From the NCBI RefSeq assembly GCF_000092105.1, contig NC_014148.1, forward strand, positions 3,930,001 to 3,962,000: 32,000 nucleotides of DNA, in the 5' to 3' direction. The notes below the pieces were generated by a model. That model ran no database searches, was not told where the DNA came from, and was given only the letters and a program-made list of their open reading frames with translations. This stretch comes from Planctopirus limnophila DSM 3776. Its GTDB lineage: Bacteria > Planctomycetota > Planctomycetia > Planctomycetales > Planctomycetaceae. Position 1 is the stretch's first letter; each line of letters starts with the position of its first letter. The position numbers and the translations under genes were made by a program. Positions 1 to 6,917 of this stretch are shown here, piece by piece.

Positions 1-500
1 GCCCGCATTTTGGCCAGTTCTTCGGGCGTCGGCTTGCGGTTCTCCGAGCCAACCACCTGGGAACGCAGCGAGCCTTGCGGCAACAAATGGGCCACATTCG
101 TCCCTGCACCGGGCGTGTTGATCTTCTTGTAGTAGTCGGCCACATCGACCGGGCCGCTGCCACAGTTGCCGGTAACCGAAGTCGTGCAGCCCTGCATGAT
201 GTAATTGGTGCAGGCACGGCTGTTCACAGAGGTAACGCTGGGATCGCTATGCGTATGGAGGTCGATGAATCCCGGCGCGATAACCAGGCCTTTGGCGTCG
301 ATCACCCAAGTGGCTTCTGGGCCGTCGCCTTGGCCGAGAGAGGTGATCTTCCCCTTGTCGATCGACACATGACCAATAACCGGAGGAGCACCGCCGCCGT
401 CGTAGATGGTGGCATTGCGGAAGACGAGAGCATCTTTCGCGAGGAGATCACTCCCTTGCAAAAGCGAACAGATCAATAAGGTGAGGGCCGTATGCCGCAT
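1..500 (-). CDS. N-acyl-D-amino-acid deacylase (D-aminoacylase) family amidohydrolase, N-terminal part; the C-terminus lies beyond the window start
   Basis: Own translation of the minus strand from ATG at 500-498, open to position 1: MRHTALTLLICSLLQGSDLLAKDALVFRNATIYDGGGAPPVIGHVSIDKGKITSLGQGDGPEATWVIDAKGLVIAPGFIDLHTHSDPS...MQGCTTSVTGNCGSGP. It has a signal-peptide-like N-terminus, a GFIDxHTHxD metal-ligand motif and a QGxTTxVxGNCG motif, as in D-aminoacylase-type amidohydrolases. It is absent from the ORF track because it runs off the edge. The listed 75..479 + ORF is its antisense shadow. Confidence 0.6.
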   Translation of the reverse strand, partial: MRHTALTLLICSLLQGSDLLAKDALVFRNATIYDGGGAPPVIGHVSIDKGKITSLGQGDGPEATWVIDAKGLVIAPGFIDLHTHSDPSVTSVNSRACTNYIMQGCTTSVTGNCGSGPVDVADYYKKINTPGAGTNVAHLLPQGSLRSQVVGSENRKPTPEELAKMR

Positions 501-550
501 GGAGACTCTTTCACCACAATTCATGGTCATGAGATGGCTGTGATTCAGAA

Positions 551-1864
551 TTAGAAGCGATGGACGCGATAGGGGTGGGGATCGATATGGGGCGTAGAGC
601 CGGCCAGCATTTCCGCCACCAGCTTTCCGGTGGCCGTCGCCATCGACAAGCCGAGCATGCTATGACCGGCGGCGAGCCAGGCGTTGTCCATGCGGGGCAG
701 TTTTCCGACAATGGGGACGCCATCGCAGCTCATGGGCCGCCAACCGTACCAGCGTTCGACAATCGGTTCCGTCTGCGGATCGCGGAGATAGAACTTGGCT
801 CCTTCAGTGAGGAGGCTCAAGCGATCAGGCCGCAGCGTGTTGTCATAACCCGCGAACTCCATCGTTGAGCCAATGCGATATTCGTTCTTGGTGGGTGTGA
901 CGGCGACGCGATGATCCTCGAAGATCATCGAATGACTGGGGCAGATCGCGGGGCGGGGCATGGTGATCGAGTAGCCTTTGCCCGGCTCGATGGGAATTGC
1001 CACACCCAGCTTCTTTTGCAACTGCCGCGACCAGGCCCCCGTAGCGAAGACGACATGATCGACAGGAAAGTCGCCGCGGCTGGTGAACAGGCGGGTGATC
1101 TTTTTCGATTGCACCTCCAGGTCGAGGAACTGGCAATGTTCGCGAATTTCGACACCCTGCTGCTGGAGCAGCTTCCGCCACGATTTCATCAGCAGGTCGG
1201 GGCGGATGTGGGCATCGCAATCGTAGTACCAGGCACCGGCCACCACAGGTTTGAGGGCAGGTTCACGCTTTAGTAGTTCGTCGCGATCCAGGCGATCCGC
1301 GGAAACTCCAAATCGTTCGGTCAGCAGGCGGTTGGTCTTCTCGAAGTGTTCGAAATGGCGTTCGTTGTGATGGACGAACATCAGCCCCTTCATTTCCCAG
1401 TCGCAATCCCCCAGCTTGCCGATCTCCATCAATTCCTGATAGAGCCGCCGGGAGGAAGCCAGCATCGCATGGCGGGCCTGCCCAGCATTAAGCATATCCT
1501 TGAAGTTGCAACGCAACGCAAACCTTAAAAACCACATCCACATTTGCAGGTCGAGGCGGGGACGAATCTTGAACGGGGAGTTCTTTTGGAAGAGTGTCCA
1601 GAGCGAGGAACTGATCGCCCCCGGGCGGCAGAGCGGAAGGACGTGGCTGGGGGAGACGTAGCCGCAATTGCCATGCGAGCAACCCCGTCCGAATTCGCCC
1701 TGATCGATCAACACGACCTGGCAACCCGCCTCGGCGAGATAGTGGGCACAGGCGGCCCCAACGACGCCGGCACCCACGACATAGACAGGCGTGGTGGCTT
1801 TAGCGGGATTGCGGTTAATCGTCATCTGCTGACTTGGCGCGGGGGCTTCGATCGTGGCTGACAT
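551..1864 (-). CDS. FAD-dependent oxidoreductase, D-amino-acid dehydrogenase (DadA)-like
   Basis: 437 aa ORF. N-terminal Rossmann dinucleotide-binding fold VYVVGAGVVGAACAHYLAEAGCQVVLIDQ. DAO-family length, and a C-terminal GHSMLGLSMATATGKLVAE segment typical of DadA-type enzymes. Confidence 0.75.
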   Translation of the reverse strand: MSATIEAPAPSQQMTINRNPAKATTPVYVVGAGVVGAACAHYLAEAGCQVVLIDQGEFGRGCSHGNCGYVSPSHVLPLCRPGAISSSLWTLFQKNSPFKIRPRLDLQMWMWFLRFALRCNFKDMLNAGQARHAMLASSRRLYQELMEIGKLGDCDWEMKGLMFVHHNERHFEHFEKTNRLLTERFGVSADRLDRDELLKREPALKPVVAGAWYYDCDAHIRPDLLMKSWRKLLQQQGVEIREHCQFLDLEVQSKKITRLFTSRGDFPVDHVVFATGAWSRQLQKKLGVAIPIEPGKGYSITMPRPAICPSHSMIFEDHRVAVTPTKNEYRIGSTMEFAGYDNTLRPDRLSLLTEGAKFYLRDPQTEPIVERWYGWRPMSCDGVPIVGKLPRMDNAWLAAGHSMLGLSMATATGKLVAEMLAGSTPHIDPHPYRVHRF

Positions 1865-1948
1865 GATCGTACTAAACCTTGTAGAAGAATCTGTGAGAGT
1901 CCATCGAGAACCAGGCTGTTGATAATGAGTCGTCTCGACGAAAAACGA

Positions 1949-2380
1949 CTAAGGTGTCCGCAGTACGGGATTCAAATCGATCTTGATGTCGTTCCGCCCG
2001 GCTTGAACGGTTTTGACCAGCGTCGTCTGGTTGATATCAGAGACCTCTTCTGGGATTTTCTTGCCGCGATTGCTGTCCCCCTCGGTTTCCATGACTCCAA
2101 TGGCGACCTTGTAGTTGCCGGGGAGGAAATCCTGTTTGCCGCGACCCCGGAAGATACGGAAACGGCCTTGTTCATCGGTCATGCCGAACCCTTCGAAATT
2201 GTCGTCGGTCGACTTGAAGGTGACGGCCATACCTTTGGCGGGTTCGCCGTTGATCGTGACAGAACCTTCAATCGTTCCCACTGGCTGAGAACAACCGCTG
2301 GCGAACCAAAGGAAGAGCCACAGCGGTAATGCGTGGGGCAGGAGTCGATAGGTCTTGAGACCGTACGGATGGAATCGCAT
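1949..2380 (-). CDS. small lipoprotein with carboxypeptidase-regulatory-like beta-sandwich domain
   Basis: ORF 1949..2431. The internal ATG at 2380 gives MRFHPYGLKTYRLLPHALPLWLFLWFASGCSQP, a signal peptide plus lipobox Cys. The mature part (GSVTINGEPAKGMAVTF...DEQGRFRI) resembles CarboxypepD_reg-type domains. It lies directly downstream of a DUF1559 gene, a pairing I recall as recurrent in planctomycetes. Confidence 0.6.
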   Translation of the reverse strand: MRFHPYGLKTYRLLPHALPLWLFLWFASGCSQPVGTIEGSVTINGEPAKGMAVTFKSTDDNFEGFGMTDEQGRFRIFRGRGKQDFLPGNYKVAIGVMETEGDSNRGKKIPEEVSDINQTTLVKTVQAGRNDIKIDLNPVLRTP

Positions 2381-2455
2381 CGTGGCGTCTTCCTGAGAAA
2401 TACTTGGACACGTGAAAGAGAAAGTCATCAATCAAGGAAAACACATCGGAGCGGA

Positions 2456-3436
2456 TTAGAACTCGGCATTGACCAGACCGTCGTCCCGCCAGACCAGGTA
2501 GCGGTAGGTGGTGGTGTGCTCGATGTTCTCGTTCACAAATCGAACGCCGCCGTCACCCATCAGGACGTGGACGCCCCCTGTGTGATAGCTGCTCACTCCG
2601 CGCCCGTTGTAGGCACTGGTCGTATCATTCAGCGCCTGAACGTAGTCATAGTTGATGCGATAAACGGCATGAGTCAAAGTTCGATAGGGGCGAATGGCGT
2701 TGTTGCGACTGGCGATCCCGGCCCAGACGGCCGCGCCGAAATTCGTGGTGAAGCCGTTGGTGGCGGGGCCGACGGGAGAGGCATCCCGTTCGCTCACGAA
2801 GAATGTGTTCGAGAGCCCGTCAGAGATCCTGGCGAACGGAAGATAAGAATTGCCGAAGAAAGTGCCGTGGGCGTCGTAGTTGTTGGTCAGCGTCTCGGTG
2901 GTCAGTCCCGATCCACCATAGGCAACATAGTTGGAGGTGCCCGGATAAAAGAAATTCGTCGCGCCGAAGGGAAAATCATGGACCTGCGGGGCGATATCCG
3001 ATGGGCACCGGAAGACGGAGATCGGCGTCTGAAGGAGTTGCTGATCCTGCGCAGTGAATGTCGCCACATAGCGGGCACTTAAGGGAATGTTGCCCGGGTT
3101 CAGGGCATTGTAAAGAGGAGCCTGATCCAGATAGGGAAGGATGGAGACGGCCCACCCATAGATCGGGATCAGGTTGTTGGCGTCGTAGGCGTAACCAGCG
3201 GGCAGCCTTTGATAGACATCATGATAATTATGGAGTGCCAGGCCGATCTGTTTAAGATTGTTCCGGCATTGGCTGCGGCGGGCGGCTTCACGGGCCTGCT
3301 GGACGGCGGGGAGAAGCAGAGCGATTAAGACGGCGATGATCGCGATGACAACCAGTAGTTCGATCAACGTGAACCCCCTGCGAGAGTTGGGAGGGAGTGC
3401 GGTTGTCGAAAAGTCTGTAGGAAAAGAATAGGACAC
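2456..3436 (-). CDS. DUF1559 domain protein with prepilin-type N-terminal cleavage/methylation motif
   Basis: 326 aa with a GTG start at 3436 preceded by [59 protein letters not shown] is the type II pseudopilin-like N-terminus followed by the DUF1559 signature. This family is strongly expanded in Planctomycetota. Confidence 0.85.
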   Translation of the reverse strand: MSYSFPTDFSTTALPPNSRRGFTLIELLVVIAIIAVLIALLLPAVQQAREAARRSQCRNNLKQIGLALHNYHDVYQRLPAGYAYDANNLIPIYGWAVSILPYLDQAPLYNALNPGNIPLSARYVATFTAQDQQLLQTPISVFRCPSDIAPQVHDFPFGATNFFYPGTSNYVAYGGSGLTTETLTNNYDAHGTFFGNSYLPFARISDGLSNTFFVSERDASPVGPATNGFTTNFGAAVWAGIASRNNAIRPYRTLTHAVYRINYDYVQALNDTTSAYNGRGVSSYHTGGVHVLMGDGGVRFVNENIEHTTTYRYLVWRDDGLVNAEF

Positions 3437-3467
3437 GACGCTGACCTCCCGGCGAAAAGGGATTACG

Positions 3468-3487
3468 GGTTCGCCGCAGGGCGAACC
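3468..3487 (-). terminator. perfect 8-bp stem / 4-nt loop hairpin between the xylR-like stop and the DUF1559 start
   Basis: ggttcgcc-gcag-ggcgaacc read directly. On the minus strand it is followed by only a weak T tract (cccttttc), so it may be a terminator or a 5'-UTR structure. Confidence 0.25.
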
Positions 3488-3676
3488 GAAACGCGATGGG
3501 GGCCGTCAACCTGGAGCGCCAGTTGAACGGCAGGTCGTGTTCGTTCTTGAGCAGGGAACGATGAGCACTACCCGAACAAAAGCAGATTCTTCTCTCGCAA
3601 GCGACAGCATTCAATGGGATCTTGCGCAGAACAGTTGGGTGTTTGCGCGGAACATTTGGCGAGATCTTCCCGCTTA

Positions 3677-4828
3677 TCAACGCTGCGGCCGGAGATCGGA
3701 CGGTTTAATACCCAGGTATTTGCGGAAAGCGTGCGAGAATTCGACGCTGCTGGAGAAGCCGCATTTTGTGGCGACCGACGAGATCGGCAGATCGCTATCG
3801 ACAAGGAGATTGCGGGCCTGTTCGAGCCGGGTGCGGCGGATCTCCTCGGAGGGAGTTCGGCCGAGAATCGTCTGGAACTTCTGCTCCAGCGTACGGCGGG
3901 AAATAGGGTACACCTTGAGAATGTCAGGGACGCGAATCCCTTCGCAGGCGTGTGAGCGGATGAAGCGGAGAACGTCGCCGATCTCCTGGTCCGCGACGGC
4001 GAGGATCTCGGTCGAGTGCCGGGCGATGACGCGCAGCGGCGGGATCAGCTTGGGATGCTTGGGGGCGGGGCGGCCGTTCATCATGCGGTGGAGCAAAGCA
4101 CAGGCCTCATGTCCGATGCGGGCACAATCGAGCTCGACGCTGGAGATGGGCGGCGAGGCGATGCTGCAAAGCAGATCGTCGGTGTCACCAGACAGGATCG
4201 CGACTTCGTCTGGAATGTGAATCCCTTCCCACTGGCAGATCTCTGCCAGTTGACGGGCTGGGACGGGATCGGGAGCGAAGACCGCCAGCGGGCTGGGTTG
4301 GGAGCGAATCCACTGGGCGACAAGTTGGGGGTCTGCGTACCACCCCAGTTCGTTCCGCTCGAGCTTGTCGAAGCCGCAGCAATAGAAGCCGGCCTTCCTG
4401 GCGACCTGCTGGAAGAGTTGTGAACGCTGATCGGGGTAGCGGTTCACATGTGGGGCGAAGCAGGCGAAGTGGGTGAAGTTCTTCGAGCGGAAGTGTTCAA
4501 AGGCCATTGCAATGCGGACGCGGTCGTCGGTAACGACGCGGCCCACCCACGTCTCCTGCCGCATGAGAACATCGACATCGACCACGGGAATCGCGGCGGT
4601 TTGCAGGCTGCGGGCCATGGGGACATCGCGGAGCATGGCGACCGCGCCGTCGCCTTGCCAACGGTGGGGCAGCCGCAGACGGCCGTCTTCGTCGCGAGGG
4701 GAGATGACCAGTGCCCAGCGGGATTTCTGAGCATACCGCGCGACCGCCTCAACGACATTCCGCCCCCAGCTGTCGCCGGTTTCGATCAGAACAGCAACGG
4801 ATCGACTGTAGTTTGGCATCGCCAACAA
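3677..4828 (-). CDS. XylR-like AraC-family transcriptional regulator (sugar-binding-like sensor domain plus AraC HTH)
   Basis: 383 aa. C-terminal AraC-type HTH (RTLEQKFQTILGRTPSEEIRRTRLEQARNLLVDSDLPISSVATKCGFSSSVEFSHAFRKYLGIKPSDL). The N-terminal two thirds resemble a periplasmic-binding-protein-like fold (SVAVLIETGDSWGRNVV...). Confidence 0.85.
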   Translation of the reverse strand: MLAMPNYSRSVAVLIETGDSWGRNVVEAVARYAQKSRWALVISPRDEDGRLRLPHRWQGDGAVAMLRDVPMARSLQTAAIPVVDVDVLMRQETWVGRVVTDDRVRIAMAFEHFRSKNFTHFACFAPHVNRYPDQRSQLFQQVARKAGFYCCGFDKLERNELGWYADPQLVAQWIRSQPSPLAVFAPDPVPARQLAEICQWEGIHIPDEVAILSGDTDDLLCSIASPPISSVELDCARIGHEACALLHRMMNGRPAPKHPKLIPPLRVIARHSTEILAVADQEIGDVLRFIRSHACEGIRVPDILKVYPISRRTLEQKFQTILGRTPSEEIRRTRLEQARNLLVDSDLPISSVATKCGFSSSVEFSHAFRKYLGIKPSDLRPQR

Positions 4829-4918
4829 TTAAGCATTGGCGGGTCCAGGACACAAGGGGAGGTTTATCGAATCATCCACCTCACCATAAGTTTCACGAGC
4901 ATCACGAGGGTCACGAGC

Positions 4919-5034
4919 CGGAAGCGTCAGCGACGGACCTTTTCCTATTCCTCTTGACAATCAAGTTTGCCTATCAAATCGACTTGTCATTGTTCTTGCG
5001 GTGAAAATGAGAGTGCCCGTCGCTGACGCTTCCG
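4919..5034. repeat. 18-bp perfect inverted repeat (4919-4936 / 5017-5034) flanking an 80-bp AT-richer spacer
   Basis: cggaagcgtcagcgacgg at 4919-4936, and its exact reverse complement ccgtcgctgacgcttccg at 5017-5034, both read directly. The spacer is visibly AT-richer than its surroundings. Confidence 0.8.
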
Positions 5035-5070
5035 CCTCGTGGATGGCGACCTGCGTTCAAGAGGCCCGAA

Positions 5071-5096
5071 ACACAAAAACCCCTGCCAGGCAGGGG
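5071..5096 (-). terminator. intrinsic terminator (minus-strand orientation)
   Basis: Plus strand reads aaaaa-cccctgccaggcagggg. On the minus strand this is a 7-bp GC stem with a 3-nt loop, followed by TTTTTGTGT. Confidence 0.5.
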
Positions 5097-5108
5097 TTGT
5101 GTGAACTG

Positions 5109-5408
5109 ATGACGGTTTTTGAAGAGTCAAGAAATTACCCCGCCAGGATTCGAACGAATGAGTTTTTCCAAGTAGAAAACGCATTTCCAGCGGAATTCCG
5201 GGCACAAACCGGGCAAATCGAGGCACGACTGGAAAACGGGGCAGCGGCCAGCGGGGCGGATGCTCTCGTGGCTGGGTTGATGCATTCTGTTGCCACGGAC
5301 GCCGATCTCCGACGACTGGCGGCGGTTTGGGGACGACTCTCTCCCGATGACCGGCGAGCCCTGGCCAGTCATGCTGAAACCTTGGCGGCGGTAAGCCACT
5401 GCTCGTGA
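5109..5408 (+). CDS. hypothetical small protein (99 aa)
   Basis: Internal ATG of ORF 5001..5408. The C-terminal half (ALVAGLMHSVATDADLRRLAAVWGRLSPDDRRALASHAETLAAV) looks protein-like, and a hairpin plus T tract follows at 5500-5549. There is no recognisable family and it overlaps the tRNA-like fragment. Confidence 0.25.
   Translation: MTVFEESRNYPARIRTNEFFQVENAFPAEFRAQTGQIEARLENGAAASGADALVAGLMHSVATDADLRRLAAVWGRLSPDDRRALASHAETLAAVSHCS
5136..5156 (-). other. tRNA 3'-end-like fragment (T-loop, T-stem 3' half, acceptor 3' half); not an intact tRNA
   Basis: Minus strand reads GTTCGAATCCTGGCGGGGTA. This is the canonical TTCGAATC T-loop context, then 5 nt and 7 nt as in a T-stem and acceptor stem. 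The upstream sequence does not fold into D or anticodon arms. The terminator at 5071-5096 lies about 40 nt downstream on the same strand. Confidence 0.3.
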
Positions 5409-5499
5409 GTGATCGTGAGCTGAATTTCCGCCAATTTTGCGTCATGAATCTTTGACGGAAAAAGGTTAGGTGTCCCAGGGTCGCCGACCTTCCATTTTT

Positions 5500-5549
5500 T
5501 GAGCCGTTTGCCCCCGATTTGGGAGCAGACGGCTCATTCCTTTTGATTT
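5500..5549 (+). terminator. hairpin plus T-rich tail upstream of the cassette
   Basis: tgagccgt (5500-5507) pairs perfectly with acggctca (5529-5536), with an inner ccc/ggg pairing. It is followed by ttccttttgattt. Confidence 0.35.
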
Positions 5550-5563
5550 CAGGAGAAACGTTC

Positions 5564-5746
5564 ATGTTCATGCTGCTGGCTTTGCTCAGTTTCCTGGTGT
5601 TGGTGAGTTGTCTGGTGATTCGGCGGGAGCGTGTGCTCCGGCAGGCCTGGCAACATCTCGCTGCCCAGATCCTCTCGCGAAGGAATACTCCCGATGCGTC
5701 TTCTGATGTCACTACTGATCGGCACGATGCTGGTTTTGGCCAGTAG
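5564..5746 (+). CDS. hypothetical small membrane protein (60 aa)
   Basis: ATG at 5564 preceded by AGGAGA (5551-5556, 7-nt spacing). MFMLLALLSFLVLVSCLVIRRERV is a single TM helix. It overlaps the next gene by 53 nt in another frame. Confidence 0.3.
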   Translation: MFMLLALLSFLVLVSCLVIRRERVLRQAWQHLAAQILSRRNTPDASSDVTTDRHDAGFGQ

Positions 5747-6191
5747 CTGTCAGGCTCCACCGCCTGCTCAGATTCCACCCGATGTGGGGCGATTTCTCGA
5801 GGCCCAGGCCCAGCAGAACCAGCGACTCGCAGAACTGCAGGCAAGCTGGCAGCAAGAGCGGAAGACACTCTTCGAACAGCGGGATCAACTCGAAGCCGAA
5901 CGAGTGGAACTGGCACGGCTTCGCAATCAGGAACCGGTTGTGGCAGCCGCCATCCTGACGATTGGAGAGCTGATCCTGTGCCTCAGCCCCCTGCTGCTGG
6001 CCGGGATGTTTCTCAAGATGTCGACCCCTCTGACCAGTACGGATCAGCTGGCAGAAGTGTTGCTGCTTCGAGAAGAAACCTCACGACGTGCTGCTGCCCC
6101 GCTGGCACTGCCTCGCGATCCTCAGCGTCCTGCCCCTTCTCTTCCCAGTGCCGCACCCGGCACCACTCCCTCGAAAGGAACCACTGGATGA
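5694..6191 (+). CDS. hypothetical secreted/lipoprotein with coiled coil and C-terminal TM segment
   Basis: An internal ATG at 5694 gives MRLLMSLLIGTMLVLASSCQAPPP (signal peptide with a relaxed lipobox). A Q/E/R-rich coiled coil follows (FLEAQAQQNQRLAELQASWQQERKTLFEQRDQLEAERVELARL), then a hydrophobic helix. The stop overlaps the next start as ATGA at 6188-6191. Confidence 0.5.
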   Translation: MRLLMSLLIGTMLVLASSCQAPPPAQIPPDVGRFLEAQAQQNQRLAELQASWQQERKTLFEQRDQLEAERVELARLRNQEPVVAAAILTIGELILCLSPLLLAGMFLKMSTPLTSTDQLAEVLLLREETSRRAAAPLALPRDPQRPAPSLPSAAPGTTPSKGTTG

Positions 6192-6550
6192 GTCATCTCG
6201 TAACCATAAAAACCCAAGTCAAAGACATTGCGGCCATTCGCCAGGCGTGTGTGCGGCTTCAACTACCGGCTCCGCAGGCAGGGACTGCCCGCATCTACAA
6301 CCAGGAGTGTTCCGGTTGGCTGGTGGAACTGCCGGGATGGCGGTTTCCCGTGGTCTGTCAGACCGAAACTGGCGACCTTCAATACGATAACTTCCAGGGT
6401 CACTGGGGCGATCCCCAGAGACTCGACGCCTTCCTGCAGCATTACGCCGTCGCGAAAGCCACGCTGGAAGCTCATCGTCAGGGCCATACCGTTCAGGAGC
6501 GGCTGGAACAGAATGGGGCCATCCGCCTGACAATCGGTCTGCCTGCCTGA
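6188..6550 (+). CDS. DUF1257 (Ycf35-like) protein
   Basis: MSHLVTIKTQVKDIAAIRQACVRLQL...GWLVELPGWRFPVVCQTETGDLQYDNFQGHWGD...FLQHYAVAKA matches my recollection of the DUF1257/Ycf35 pattern (MSHFSxIKTxIxD...). About 120 aa, translationally coupled to the upstream gene. Confidence 0.75.
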   Translation: MSHLVTIKTQVKDIAAIRQACVRLQLPAPQAGTARIYNQECSGWLVELPGWRFPVVCQTETGDLQYDNFQGHWGDPQRLDAFLQHYAVAKATLEAHRQGHTVQERLEQNGAIRLTIGLPA

Positions 6551-6613
6551 CAGCACCTGTTCGTCATCGACCGTCGTTACTTCGCAGCTCATTCCCTTTT
6601 TGAAGGATTTGCC

Positions 6614-6814
6614 ATGCCTCCCACTCTTGAAGTGCTGGTCGCTCCCGATGGCTCAGTCCAGGTGAAAGCCCAGGGCTTTCAAGGGGCCAGCTGTCGCACA
6701 GCCACTCAGGCACTCATTGCGGCCTTAGGGCTCCCGACTCAGGAGCAACTTCAGCCCGAGTTCTACGCGACGCCCACCACCCACGCCTCGCAGGAGCTTT
6801 CGCAGGGAGCCTGA
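6614..6814 (+). CDS. DUF2997 protein
   Basis: 66 aa. LEVLVAPDGSVQVKAQGFQGASCRTATQALIAALGLPTQEQLQPEFY fits the remembered DUF2997 pattern (I.I.pDG.v...v.G..G..C...t..le..lG). SD GAAGGA at 6602-6607. Confidence 0.7.
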   Translation: MPPTLEVLVAPDGSVQVKAQGFQGASCRTATQALIAALGLPTQEQLQPEFYATPTTHASQELSQGA

Positions 6815-6846
6815 GTCTTCGGCTTCTCATCGCATTACTGAGTTGT

Positions 6847-6889
6847 CGACCCTGCCAGGCCTGTAAGCCTCGTGGGGTCGTGTTGTTTT
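6847..6889 (+). terminator. hairpin with T-rich tail between the DUF2997 and AAA+ genes (possible partial terminator or attenuator)
   Basis: cgaccc (6847-6852) pairs with gggtcg (6875-6880), with an inner aggc/gcct pairing. It is followed by tgttgttttc. Confidence 0.3.
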
Positions 6890-6917
6890 CATCGCCTTTT
6901 TTCCTATGGAGCACTCC

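Noticed and set aside
75-479. 134-aa plus-strand ORF at the window start
   Set aside because: It lies antisense to a much better supported D-aminoacylase reading frame on the minus strand. The composition is Arg/Ala/Gly-rich and junk-like, with no motif.
2333-3082. 249-aa plus-strand ORF
   Set aside because: It is antisense to the DUF1559 gene, which has an unmistakable family signature, and it has no motifs of its own.
3537-4220. 227-aa plus-strand ORF
   Set aside because: It is antisense to the XylR/AraC regulator gene, and the sequence is Arg/Ser-rich and junk-like.
4954-4977. TTGACA ... TATCAA promoter-like hexamers inside the inverted-repeat spacer
   Set aside because: The spacing between the hexamers is 12 nt, too short for a sigma-70-type promoter. 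Planctomycete promoter consensus is also uncertain.
5100-5215. Possible intact tRNA gene on the minus strand
   Set aside because: Only the T-loop and 3' acceptor side are convincing. The candidate 5' acceptor strand (tgcccgg) pairs imperfectly, the D arm would have a 3-nt loop, and no anticodon stem forms. I report it only as a fragment.
4987-5916. 309-aa minus-strand ORF spanning the boundary zone
   Set aside because: The translation is Arg/Pro/Ser-rich and low-complexity. It runs through the inverted repeat, the terminator and the tRNA-like fragment, and lies antisense to ORFs with SD-preceded starts. It looks like a typical high-GC shadow ORF.
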